A DNA stretch of 64,000 bases from Planctomycetota bacterium (GTDB lineage Bacteria; Planctomycetota; JACOTG01): positions 1,810 through 65,809 of the forward strand of contig JACOTG010000079.1 of NCBI GenBank assembly GCA_016178505.1. Direction: 5' to 3'. Within the stretch, counting starts at the first letter, position 1. Every line of letters starts with the position of its first letter. This document shows positions 1 to 10,109 of this stretch, piece by piece. The translations under genes were made by a program, and so were the position numbers. Below the pieces are notes generated by a model. It had not been told where the DNA came from, ran no database searches, and saw only the letters and a list, made by a program, of their open reading frames with translations.

Positions 1-1
1 G

Positions 2-952
2 GAGATGATGAATGGAGAAATCAGCGTCGAGAGCGAGCACGGCAAGGGGTCCACGTTCTGGTTCGCGCTCACGCTCGAGAAGCGGCCGCAGTGCGTCGAT
101 CGGAGTGAGAACGACGCGGCGCTGCTCGAAGGCATTCGGGTATTGGTCGCCGACGACAACGCGACGAACCGAATGATCCTCCGTGACGAGCTCTTGAGTT
201 GGAAGATGCGCGACGCTGCCGCCGATGCGAATGGGCGCGATGCGCTGACACGACTGACGGAGGCCGCGGCAAGTCACGACCCTTACCGAATCGCGATCGT
301 GGACGCTCAAATGCCGGACATCGACGGCGTGACGCTGGCGCGGAGGATCAACGGCGACCCGGCGATCCGATCGGTGAAGCTCGTGATGATGACCGAACTG
401 TGCGTGCCGACGGACATTTCCGAGCTGCGGCGAGCTGGGATCGACGCGTGGCTGATCAAGCCGGTGAAGCAAGGGCAGCTCCTCCGCGCGTTGACCGGCG
501 CCGTCGCCGGACGCCCGACCGACGTCAGCGCGCGACCCGGCGTCGCGAACGAGTCGGGAACGGCGGTGACCAAGGCGCTGAAGATCCTCCTCGCCGAAGA
601 CAATCGCGTGAACCAAATCATCGCGGTGAGGCAATTGAAGAAGCTCGGATATAAAGCCGACGTCGTGGCGAACGGGATCGAAGTCCTCGAGGCGCTCGAG
701 AGAATCGCTTACGACGTGATTTTCATGGATTGCCACATGCCGGAAATGGACGGCTACGAAGCGGCCCGAAGAATTCGAGAGCTTCCGGGCGCGCGGTCAC
801 GGGTGAAGATCATCGCCATGACCGCAAACGCCATGCAGGGAGACCGAGAGCAATGTCTGAATGCCGGCATGGACGACTACGTCAGCAAGCCGGCTCGGAT
901 AGACGACCTGCAGCGCGCGATCGCGAACCTCGAAGACGGCGCGTCCACCTGA
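2..952 (+). CDS. Hybrid sensor histidine kinase, C-terminal part (end of HATPase plus two receiver domains); 5' end outside window
   Basis: G2 box 'ESEHGKGSTFWF'; two REC domains (VADDN...DAQMPD...KP and LAEDN...DCHMPEMDG...SKP); frame open to window edge. Confidence 0.92.
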   Translation, partial: EMMNGEISVESEHGKGSTFWFALTLEKRPQCVDRSENDAALLEGIRVLVADDNATNRMILRDELLSWKMRDAAADANGRDALTRLTEAAASHDPYRIAIVDAQMPDIDGVTLARRINGDPAIRSVKLVMMTELCVPTDISELRRAGIDAWLIKPVKQGQLLRALTGAVAGRPTDVSARPGVANESGTAVTKALKILLAEDNRVNQIIAVRQLKKLGYKADVVANGIEVLEALERIAYDVIFMDCHMPEMDGYEAARRIRELPGARSRVKIIAMTANAMQGDREQCLNAGMDDYVSKPARIDDLQRAIANLEDGAST

Positions 953-1078
953 CGATCGAGCGGCGCGCTTCCTGCATCTTCCGTGGCGCGAACCCGCGCG
1001 AGTGACGGCGGCGGGCGCGCCGCATAGAATGGGCGCCTCTCGAGTAGTGGTGGCCCACTCACACGGAGGATTTCGAGC

Positions 1079-4000
1079 ATGCACGTCCAGTACCCGCGCG
1101 CCTTCGCGCTCCTCGTCCTGTTCGCCAGCGCGACGATGGTTCGGGCCCAGGACACGACGTCCGCCCCCGACATCACGAAACAGCCGACGCTCTACGTGGT
1201 CGGGTATGCGCACCTCGACACGCAGTGGCGGTGGATCTACCCGCAAACGATTCGCGAGTACTTGGCGAACACGCTCCATGACAACTTCAAGCTGTTCGAA
1301 AGTCATCCGCAGTACGTCTTCAACTTCACGGGCTCGCGCCGCTACCAGATGTTCAAGGAGTACTTCCCCGCAGACTACGAGAAGCTGAAAAGCTACGTCA
1401 ACGCCGGCCGCTGGTTTCCGTGCGGCTCCTCCGTCGACGAGAACGACACGAACACGCCGTCGGCCGAGTCGCTGATCCGGAACGTGATGTACGGCAATCG
1501 CTTCTTCCGACGCGAGCTGGGCGTCGCCAGCAGCGAGTACATGCTGCCGGATTGCTTTGGCTTCACCGCGTCGGTGCCGAGCATCCTCGCGCACTGTGGC
1601 ATCAAGGGATTCTCGACGCAGAAGCTCACGTGGGGCTCCGTCGTCGGCATCCCGTTCAAGGTCGGAGTCTGGGAAGGCCCGGACGGACACAGCGTGATCG
1701 CCGCACTCGATCCCGGCTCGTACGGCGGAGACATCGACGAAAACTTGGCCAACAGTGAGACGTGGCGAACCCGCATCGAGGCCAACGGCAAACAGTCTGG
1801 AGTTTTCGCGGACTTCCACTATTACGGCACCGGCGACGTCGGCGGCTCGCCAAACGAGAAGTCGGTCACGATGCTCGAGGAGAGCCTGTCGACGAAGGGC
1901 CCCGTTCACGTGATCGCGGGCCGCGCCGACGCTCTCTTCGAAGCGATCACGCCAGCGATGAAGGAGCGCCTCCCGCACTACAAAGGCGAACTCGAGCTCA
2001 CCGAGCACTCGGCGGGCTCGCTGACCTCGCAAGCGGCAATGAAGCGGTGGAACCGCAAGAACGAACTCCTCGCCGACGCGGCCGAGCGCGCGTCGGTCCT
2101 CGCGTGGTGGCTCGGCGGACGCGACTATCCGTCGCAACGGCTCGAGAACGCGTGGACGCTCGTCCTCGGCTCGCAAATGCACGACATCGTCTCGGGCACT
2201 GCGCTCGCGCGCGGCTACGAGTACTCGTGGAACGACGAGCTCCTCGCCGCGAACCAGTTCCAATCCGTGCTCGAGGACGCGGTGTCCGTCGTCGCGGGAC
2301 GTCTCGACACGCGCGCCGGAGGCACGCCGCTCGTCCTGTTCAATCCCCTATCGATCGAGCGCGAGGACGTCGTCGAAGCGGAAATCCCCGGCGACGCGGC
2401 TCGGCTCGCGGGTGTGCGCGTGACGGGACCCGATGGCAAGCCGGTCCTCGCGCAGGTCCTCGGCCCGAGCAAAGCCGGCGTGCGCATCGCGTTCCTCGCG
2501 AAGGCTCCGCCGGTGGGCTTTGCCGTCTACGACGTTCGGGTGGCGGGGACCGAGCCAAACAGTGCGTCGTCGCTTCGTGTCGAGGAGAAGCAACTCGAGA
2601 ACGAGCGATGGATCGTCTCGCTGAACGACGACGGCGACGTGGCGTCGATCCGCGACAAGAAAGCGAATCGCGAGCTCCTGTCCGGTCCCGCGCGGCTTGG
2701 CCTGCACTATGAGAATCCGAGGCAGTGGCCCGCATGGAATCAGGACTTGGCGGATCGCCAGCAGCCGGCGAAGGAGTTCGTCGGCGGGCCCGCGCGGTTC
2801 CGCGTCGTCGAGCGCGGCCCGGCGCGCATCGCGGTGGAAGTGTCTCGCGACGTCGGCGGCTCGACGTTCGTGCAGCGCATCCGCCTCTCCGCGGGCGGTG
2901 CCGGCGATCGCGTCGAGTTCGACAACGACATTGCGTGGGCGACTCGCGAGCGAAGTCTGCGCGCCGCGTTCCCGCTCACCACGACCAATCCACACGCGAC
3001 GTACGACTGTCAGTCGGGGACGATCGAGCGCGGCAACGCGTCGGAGAAACAGTTCGAGTATGGGTTTCAACAGTGGTTCGACCTCACCGACTCGAGCGGC
3101 GACTACGGCGTGACCGTGATGAGCGACAGCAAGTTCGGCTCCGACAAGCCGGACGACGCGACGGTGCGGCTGACGCTCCTCCACACGCCCGGCACGCGCG
3201 GCGGCTATCCCGATCAGGGCACGCAGGACCTGGGGCGACACCGAATCCTCTACGCGCTCGAGGGGCACGCCGGCGATTGGCGTCAGGGTCGAAGCGCGCA
3301 AGAGGCCGCGCGACTGAACCAGCTGATCCTCGCGTTTCGCGCGACGCCTCACGATGGACCGCTCGGCAAGTCGTTCGCACTCTTCACGACGAGCGACGAC
3401 GACGTGCGTCTCTCCGCGATCAAGAAAGCCGAGGACGGCGACTTCGTGATCGTGCGATTGCGCGAGCTGTCGGGTCGCGACAAGAAGAGCGTTCGCATCG
3501 CCACGGCAAAGCCGATCGTCAGCGCGCGCGAGGTCGACGGACAAGAGCGCGAGATCGGCGCCGCCGACTTGCGAGACGGCGCGCTCGTCACGGACATCCG
3601 CGGCTACGAACTGCGTGCGTTCGCGATCAAGCTGGGCGAGCCCTCGGCGCGCGCGCCCAGGCCGGCGTCGACGCCACTGGCGCTGTCCTTCGACGCCGAC
3701 GTGATCAGCTCGAACGCCAACCGCTCCGACGGCGCGATGGACGCGGACGGACGCACGTTCCCCGCCGAACAGTGGCCCGCGACGATCGCCGACGGCGCGA
3801 CGACGTTTCGGCTCGGCGCGACCACGGACGGCGGAAAGAACGCCGTGACGTGCCGGGGTCAGGAGATCGCACTGCCGCGCGCCGCTGACGCCGGTGATCG
3901 CCTCGACGTCCTCGTCGCCGCCGTCACGGACGGACGCGACGCGGACGCTACGATCGCGATCGACGGCAGGCCCGTCCCGATTCGCGTTCGCGATTGGCGC

Positions 4001-5310
4001 GCCCGCGTCGGACAGTGGGATCATCGACTGTGGCCGGCCGAGGACGTCGCTCACATCACCACACGCACGACGGCGACGCGTACTACGAGTACTGTTACCT
4101 CGACACGATCTCGATCGACCTTCCAAAGGGCGCGAAGACGATCCGATTGCCGAACGACGAGCGCGTGAAGCTGTTCGCCGCGACGGTCGTGGGCTCGGCC
4201 GGCGAGCGAGTGTCCGCGGCGACGCCACTCTTCGACACGCTCGACGATCACGTGCAAGACGCGCCGCGCGTCGTGCCGGGCGCGGGCTCGTTCGCGAACG
4301 CACTGGAGGTGGCGATCGAAGGTCGGCTGTACTGGCGCGACGGCGCGATCCGCTATACGCTCGACGGCTCCGATCCGACGCCGAGCTCGCCCGCCTATCG
4401 CGGCGCGTTCTTCCTCGATCACACGGCGACGATCAAGTCGGCAATCCTCGATGCCAACGGCCGACTGGGAGCGATCGCGTCGGCGAAGATCGAAGTGCGC
4501 GACGTCACGCCGCCCTCGGTCGATCGCGTCGCGCCGGCCTACCGCTCGACGACCGTGCGCGTCCGATTCTCCGAACCCGTCGACGACTCCGCGCTCGCGG
4601 CCAAGAACTATGCGCTCGATCCGCCGATCGACGTGAAGTCGGTGGCGCGAGTCGACGCACGAGACGTGACGCTCGACCTCGCGAGCGCGCCCGTACTCGA
4701 GCGCGCCTATCACTTGAGGATCGCTGGAGTGAAGGACGCCTCGCCCGCTCACAACGCGATGGCGGCGACTTCCTTCGACCTCGTGGTGAAGGGTCCCGTG
4801 TTCCAGCTCGAACACGTGACGAGCGAACAGATGGGCACGGAAATTCGCGACGTCGCGAACCTCCCGCTGAAGGCGACCGACGCGTGGACGCTCAACTTCT
4901 TCGTGAAGACGGACAAGGAGATCGAGGATCGAACGCTCATCGCCGGGTTCGGGAAGTGCGAGCAAGCCGAGGCGGGCGGCGCACGATATCTCGCGAAGTT
5001 CTCGTCGGGAATTCACTTTTGGAGCCACAACCGCGACGTCCGAACCCACACGCCGCTCGACGTCGGTCGCTGGCAGATGCTGACGACGACGTACGACGGC
5101 CACCTCGCGCGCGTCTACAAGGACGGAAAGTCGATCGGCGAGCGCGAGATCCAGCTCGCGGACGACCAAAGCGTCGTCCACATCGCGCCGCTCGATCCGT
5201 GGGACCAGAAGCGCCGCTTCACCGGCGACATCCGCGGCCTCACGATCTGGAGCGAGGCCCTCAACGAAGACGCGATCCGCTCGCTCCAAGCCGCGTCCTC
5301 GGAACACTGA
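1079..5310 (+). pseudogene. Secreted GH38 alpha-mannosidase with C-terminal Fn3-associated/Ig-like and LamG-like domains; frameshifted at ~4050
   Basis: Signal peptide; GH38 motifs AHLD, PDCFG, QMHD in ORF 1079-4168; protein-like sequence continues in ORF 3994-5310 from SHHH...YYEYCYL, with IRYTLDGSDPT and WQMLTTTYDG...VYKDG motifs. The break may be an assembly artefact. Confidence 0.8.
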
Positions 5311-5321
5311 TCCGGCTGATC

Positions 5322-5438
5322 GTGCCAGGCACTCGCCGCCGCCGCGGTGAGCACCCGTCGTCGCGTGCCTGGCACCGATAGCCGGCGCCGATAGGCAAGG
5401 TGCGAATCCATCGTCGCGTGCCTGGCACCGATAGCCGG
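5322..5438. repeat. REP-like cluster with GTGCC(A/T)GGCAC palindromic core
   Basis: GTGCCAGGCAC at 5322-5332; identical 28-bp direct repeats TCGTCGCGTGCCTGGCACCGATAGCCGG at 5358-5385 and 5411-5438. Confidence 0.8.
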
Positions 5439-5569
5439 GAGAATTTGCGTCCGGAGATCGACCGGCGCGCGCTTCACCTCCCGCGGCATGGGTGCGTCCC
5501 GCTTCATTGCGGTCGTACCGCCGCGAACACGAACGACGTGATCGGCACAACGAGAAGAGGAGGAGCGAG

Positions 5570-6814
5570 ATGCGCACCCTTGGCAGTTGGATCTTGCGGT
5601 CGACAGTTGCCGCGTTGGTCGTGACCGGCGGACTCGTCGGTCGCGCGACGGCGCAATGTTTCCCCGACAACTTCGACTCGGCGCCCTGCTGCACGCCGGT
5701 CACGCCGAACATCCCCGCGATTCCGTTCATGCAGCAGAACGGACGCTTCATCTGCTACCGCAATTGCGCAGTGCAGGTGAACGGGCAGGTCTGCACGATC
5801 TACGGTCCGGTGCTGCCGGCGATGATGGGCGCCAACATCGTGTGCAACGTCTACACGATGCGATTCCAGGTGAAGTCGTGCGGTGCCAACCAAGTGCTCT
5901 GGTCGGGCAACATGCGACTCCACTACTCGCGCAACTGGCAGGAGATCGGCCCGGCCCCGGGCGTCGTTCGCACCGTTTGGCGATTCATGATGAACGGCGA
6001 CCTCGTGCCGACGCCGGCGCTTCCCAACATCCCCAACGTGAAGCCGCCGTGCTCGAACAACAACGTTTTCGGGAGGGCGTACTTCGCGGGCTACATCGAC
6101 TTCGCCTACGACTGCAACACCAACACGTGGTCGTCGGCCTACGCGCTCCAGCACGAGTGCGACTTCGCGTCGCACGCGGCCGGAACTCCGCGCGCGCTCG
6201 CGAGCTCGCATGCCACGCGGTCGTACGTGTTCGTGGGCCCGGCGGCCGGCTTCGTTCCGGCGCCAACGGGCGGCCCCATCGGTAGCGGCGGCTTGGCATT
6301 CGACGCCGTGCGCCGCAACAACTGGCCCACGCTCCCCAACATCTGCCTCGCCGAGGAAGGGCTGGGAGCCGGCGGAATCCTGCAGCCGGTTCGCCGCTAC
6401 TGCGAGTGTGTGCCGTCGAGCACGACCGTCCCACAGCAATTCAACGAATCGGTCTTGAATGGCGGTGGGCTGTGCGGAACGACCTTCAACACGCTCGCAC
6501 CGCCGATCGGCCCATTCCCATTCGCGCAGAAGAGCATCGGCGCGTGGACGATCGCGGGCACATTCCCCGAGCAACGGGCGCTCCTCTTCGTCGGGGGCAC
6601 GGTGCTTCACAACGACGGCTGCACGTCGACGCCGACGACGCAGTACTTCGAAGGCGTAGAGACGATCGACAATGGGGCGGTCACGCCGATCAGTTTCACC
6701 GGGATTGCCTATCCTCCGAACTTCCTCGATCTCGCCAGCTCGAATGGCGTCGGTGGCGCGACGGTGGTCGGCATCCCGCACGTGACTTGGTACCTGCTGA
6801 ATCTCAACCTCTGA
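5570..6814 (+). CDS. Secreted cysteine-rich hypothetical protein (414 aa, 16 Cys)
   Basis: AGGAGG RBS before ATG 5570; signal peptide ending ATA-Q; almost no acidic residues; no family recognised. Confidence 0.8.
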   Translation: MRTLGSWILRSTVAALVVTGGLVGRATAQCFPDNFDSAPCCTPVTPNIPAIPFMQQNGRFICYRNCAVQVNGQVCTIYGPVLPAMMGANIVCNVYTMRFQVKSCGANQVLWSGNMRLHYSRNWQEIGPAPGVVRTVWRFMMNGDLVPTPALPNIPNVKPPCSNNNVFGRAYFAGYIDFAYDCNTNTWSSAYALQHECDFASHAAGTPRALASSHATRSYVFVGPAAGFVPAPTGGPIGSGGLAFDAVRRNNWPTLPNICLAEEGLGAGGILQPVRRYCECVPSSTTVPQQFNESVLNGGGLCGTTFNTLAPPIGPFPFAQKSIGAWTIAGTFPEQRALLFVGGTVLHNDGCTSTPTTQYFEGVETIDNGAVTPISFTGIAYPPNFLDLASSNGVGGATVVGIPHVTWYLLNLNL

Positions 6815-6838
6815 GGAATAGACCTTCGACGTTTCGTT

Positions 6839-6872
6839 CGAGGGCGGCACGCGGCGACGCGCGCCGCCCTCG
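6839..6872 (+). terminator. GC-rich hairpin with GCGA tetraloop downstream of the Cys-rich gene
   Basis: CGAGGGCGGCACGCG-GCGA-CGCGCGCCGCCCTCG, 15-bp stem with one mismatch; weak U-tract. Confidence 0.45.
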
Positions 6873-6960
6873 CGCGTTCTCCTGGATTCGCTCGTCCCGA
6901 ACCTTGGCCAGTGGTATCGCTCGGTTATGATGTGCAAGCCAGCCGAGAAGAGGGACCCGG

Positions 6961-9780
6961 ATGACCGACGATCACGCTCGCCGCGCGTTCATCGAGGCGC
7001 TGTGGAACGATGCCGATGCGGGGCAGATTCGACCGCTCGACGACTACCTGGCTCGATTTCCTCGCTGCGCCGACCTCGTCCGAAGCGAGTACGAAGCCGT
7101 CGTCGCCTGTCGAACGCCACCGTCGGATGAACGGGATGCGACGGGTCCCGACGTCTCGCGCCTCGGATCCGCACAGCCGCCGCCGATAGGCCTTCGGAGG
7201 GAGTCGACGTTTGGCTCGTATCGGATCCTCGCACCTCTTGGCCGCGGCGGACAAGGCGCCGTCTACCTGGCCGAGGACCTGCGCCTGCGCCGTCGCGTCG
7301 CGCTGAAGATCTTGAACCCCGCGATCACGTTGTCGGACGACGCGCTGCGCCGTTTCCAGCGCGAGGCGGAGGCGGCGGCGCGCCTGAACCACCCTGCGAT
7401 CTGCTCGGTGTACGAGGTCGGCGCAGCCGATGGCGTGCCGTACATCGCCATGCAGTACTTCGAGGGAGAGACGCTCGCACAATTGATCGACTCGGCCGCG
7501 GCGAGCACCGATCACGATCGCCCGTCGACCACGTGGCTTGCGTCCCGGCAGTGGGCCAACGTCGTCAAGATCGTGCGCTTGATCGAGAATGCCGCACGAG
7601 CACTGCACGTTGCCCACGAAGTCGGCATCGTTCATCGCGACGTCAAACCGGCCAACATCTTGGTCACCCGGGACGGCGTGCCGGTCATCCTCGACTTCGG
7701 GCTCGCGCGCGATCTCGAAGCCGACGCCCCGACGATCACGAAGGCCGGAGAGTTCTTCGGCACGCCGCAGTACATGTCGCCCGAGCAGATCGCGCGGCAT
7801 CCGATCCGCCTCGACCGCCGAACGGACATCTACTCCCTCGCCGTGACGCTGTACGAATGCCTGACGCTCCAGCGTCCGTTCGACGCGCCGACCCTCGAGT
7901 CGCTCTGCCAAGCCGTCCTCACCAAAGCCCCACGAGATCCGCGCCGACTGAACCCCGCGATTCCCCGCGACCTCGCGACCGTGCTCGAGACCGCGATGGA
8001 GAAGGACCGCGATCGCCGATACGGCACCGCGCTCGACTTCGCCGAGGACTTGTCCGCCGTCGCGGAGGTGCGGCCGATCCGCGCGAAACCCGTGTCGCTC
8101 GCCGGTCGAGCCGTTCGATGGGCAAAGCGCGAGCCGGCGAAAGCGGCGCTGATCTTGGTGCTCGCCGCGGTCGTCCCGACGCTCGCGGCACTCGGCGGCT
8201 ATCTCGTGGCGAGTCGATCGGACATTCAGACCGGACGACTCGTGAAGCAGCAGGAGACCGTCGATCGGTATCTGGAGGCGGGCTTCTCCGACATGCGCAA
8301 TCGCCGCTTCGCAGGGGCGAAAGCCGCGTTCGACGCCGCGATCGCTGTAGACCCACGCTGCGTGATGGCGGCCGCGGGCCTCGCAAACCTGGAAGACGAC
8401 CCTGTCGAGTTTCTCGCCGTCGTCGAGCGTTACCAGCCCCAGATGGGGGACGACGCGGACTACCAGGCCGTTCGCGCGATCGCGCTGCGGCTCGTCGGGC
8501 GCAACGAAGAAGCCGATGCCATCGGCCGCACTTCCGGATTCGAACGCAGCTCGCTACGCCATTTTCTCGACGGCTTCCAGGAGTCCTCGCGCTATGAGCG
8601 AGGCGATCGAGACGCTGCGAAGCGAGCGATTCGCGACTATGGCTTGGCGCTGTTCAAAGCAACCCGGCCCTCGTTCATCGTGCACTACCTCCGCGGTCGC
8701 GCCGCGAGAGCCGACCGCAACGTTGACGTGACCCGCGAGACGATTGCAATCCTGAAGGCCCTCTGGCCGGACCGCGTCGACACCTGGCTCGCGATCGACG
8801 AGTACCTCTTCTATGACGATCGGGCCGCGGCTCTAGCCGCGAATCGACGAGCCGCATCCATCGATCCGAAGAGTTGCGCCGTGATGGAGAGCTATGCCGA
8901 GCATGCATTCTGGGACGGCGAGTCCGAGTCGGCACTGCAGCGCTTCCGGGACGTGCTCGACGTCTACCCGGACGATCCGTCGAGTCATCTGATGATCGCG
9001 TGGACGTTCATGAACTCGGGCAGATACGACGCGGCGTTGGAGTGGTTCGAGAAGGCGAACCGCATCCGTCCTCGCGACGCGTGGTTCACGGACGTGCTCG
9101 CCGAATGCCGGCGACGACGCGGCGACATCGAGAGCGCCATCACCACTTCGAGACAAGCAATCGAGATCGATCCGACGTGCGATCGCTTCCATGTTCGTCT
9201 GGCGTCGATTCTCTTCGACGCGGGAAAGCTCGACGAGGCACTCGCTGAGGTCGATCGAGGTCTCGAACTCTACGCGGGACGTCCGTGGTCGCATTGCGTG
9301 AAGGGCCGGATTCTCGTTCGCAAAGGGAATCGAGACGCGGCGCTCGCCGAATGGGAACGCGTTCGCGCGACCGATCCCGATTACACGACGGATCCGAACT
9401 ACAGCGCCGGTATCTGCGACGTCGGGGATCTCGTCGGCGTTCGGGCCGCGCACGAGCTGCTCATCGAACTCCATCCCGACGACGCTGCCACGTGGATCGC
9501 GTTCGCCCGCTTCCTACTGGATCCGAAGGGACTCCACGTCGGGTGGGACTCCATGAGCGGGCTCCGCGCCGCGCGACGCGCTGCCGAGCTGACGAGCAAG
9601 CGCGATGCGAACGCATTGGGACTTCTCGCCGAGGCGCAATTCGTCACCGGCAACAAGCGAGCGGCCGTTGAGACGGGATCGCGGGCCCTGGATGCGCTGT
9701 CGTCCAGTGCCCCCGCCGATGCCGCGCTTCGCGAACGATTGGAAGCCGCGCTCGAGCGCTACCGGCTCGCGGCCGATTGA
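6961..9780 (+). CDS. Membrane Ser/Thr protein kinase with C-terminal TPR repeats
   Basis: GRGGQG, VALK, HRDVKPAN, DFG, YMSPEQ motifs; hydrophobic helix ALILVLAAVVPTLAALGGYLV; TPR-like repeats. Confidence 0.93.
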   Translation: MTDDHARRAFIEALWNDADAGQIRPLDDYLARFPRCADLVRSEYEAVVACRTPPSDERDATGPDVSRLGSAQPPPIGLRRESTFGSYRILAPLGRGGQGAVYLAEDLRLRRRVALKILNPAITLSDDALRRFQREAEAAARLNHPAICSVYEVGAADGVPYIAMQYFEGETLAQLIDSAAASTDHDRPSTTWLASRQWANVVKIVRLIENAARALHVAHEVGIVHRDVKPANILVTRDGVPVILDFGLARDLEADAPTITKAGEFFGTPQYMSPEQIARHPIRLDRRTDIYSLAVTLYECLTLQRPFDAPTLESLCQAVLTKAPRDPRRLNPAIPRDLATVLETAMEKDRDRRYGTALDFAEDLSAVAEVRPIRAKPVSLAGRAVRWAKREPAKAALILVLAAVVPTLAALGGYLVASRSDIQTGRLVKQQETVDRYLEAGFSDMRNRRFAGAKAAFDAAIAVDPRCVMAAAGLANLEDDPVEFLAVVERYQPQMGDDADYQAVRAIALRLVGRNEEADAIGRTSGFERSSLRHFLDGFQESSRYERGDRDAAKRAIRDYGLALFKATRPSFIVHYLRGRAARADRNVDVTRETIAILKALWPDRVDTWLAIDEYLFYDDRAAALAANRRAASIDPKSCAVMESYAEHAFWDGESESALQRFRDVLDVYPDDPSSHLMIAWTFMNSGRYDAALEWFEKANRIRPRDAWFTDVLAECRRRRGDIESAITTSRQAIEIDPTCDRFHVRLASILFDAGKLDEALAEVDRGLELYAGRPWSHCVKGRILVRKGNRDAALAEWERVRATDPDYTTDPNYSAGICDVGDLVGVRAAHELLIELHPDDAATWIAFARFLLDPKGLHVGWDSMSGLRAARRAAELTSKRDANALGLLAEAQFVTGNKRAAVETGSRALDALSSSAPADAALRERLEAALERYRLAAD

Positions 9781-9809
9781 GCACACCGGCGGATCACACG
9801 ATGATGGGA

Positions 9810-10104
9810 GGGCGACGCCGTTCTCGGCAGCCGATCGACGTCTCAGTTCGGCGCAGAACCGCAGGCGCACCACCTTCTCGGCTTCCGGGTCTACCTCCCC
9901 CAGGCGACGGATCGCGTCGTCGAGCGTCAGGGTTTCTTCGGGATCGACGTCCGCGGCGAGGTCGACGACGCTGAGGGGCACTCGCATTCGGTCGCGCGCG
10001 CCGTCGCGCTTCACGCAACCGACGGCCCGGGCGTGCTCGACCAGAATGCGTCGCATCGCCTCGGCGGCGGCGGCAAAGAAGTGATCGCGGTTCTCGAACT
10101 CGAC
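9810..10104 (-). pseudogene. Headless remnant of an ECF sigma factor (TIGR02999-like, planctomycete type)
   Basis: FENRDHFFAAAAEAMRRILVEHAR...LTLDDAIRRLGEVDPEAEKVVRLRF; N-terminal half absent (abuts the stop of the 974-aa gene) and region 4 decays. Confidence 0.75.
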
Positions 10105-10109
10105 CCCCC

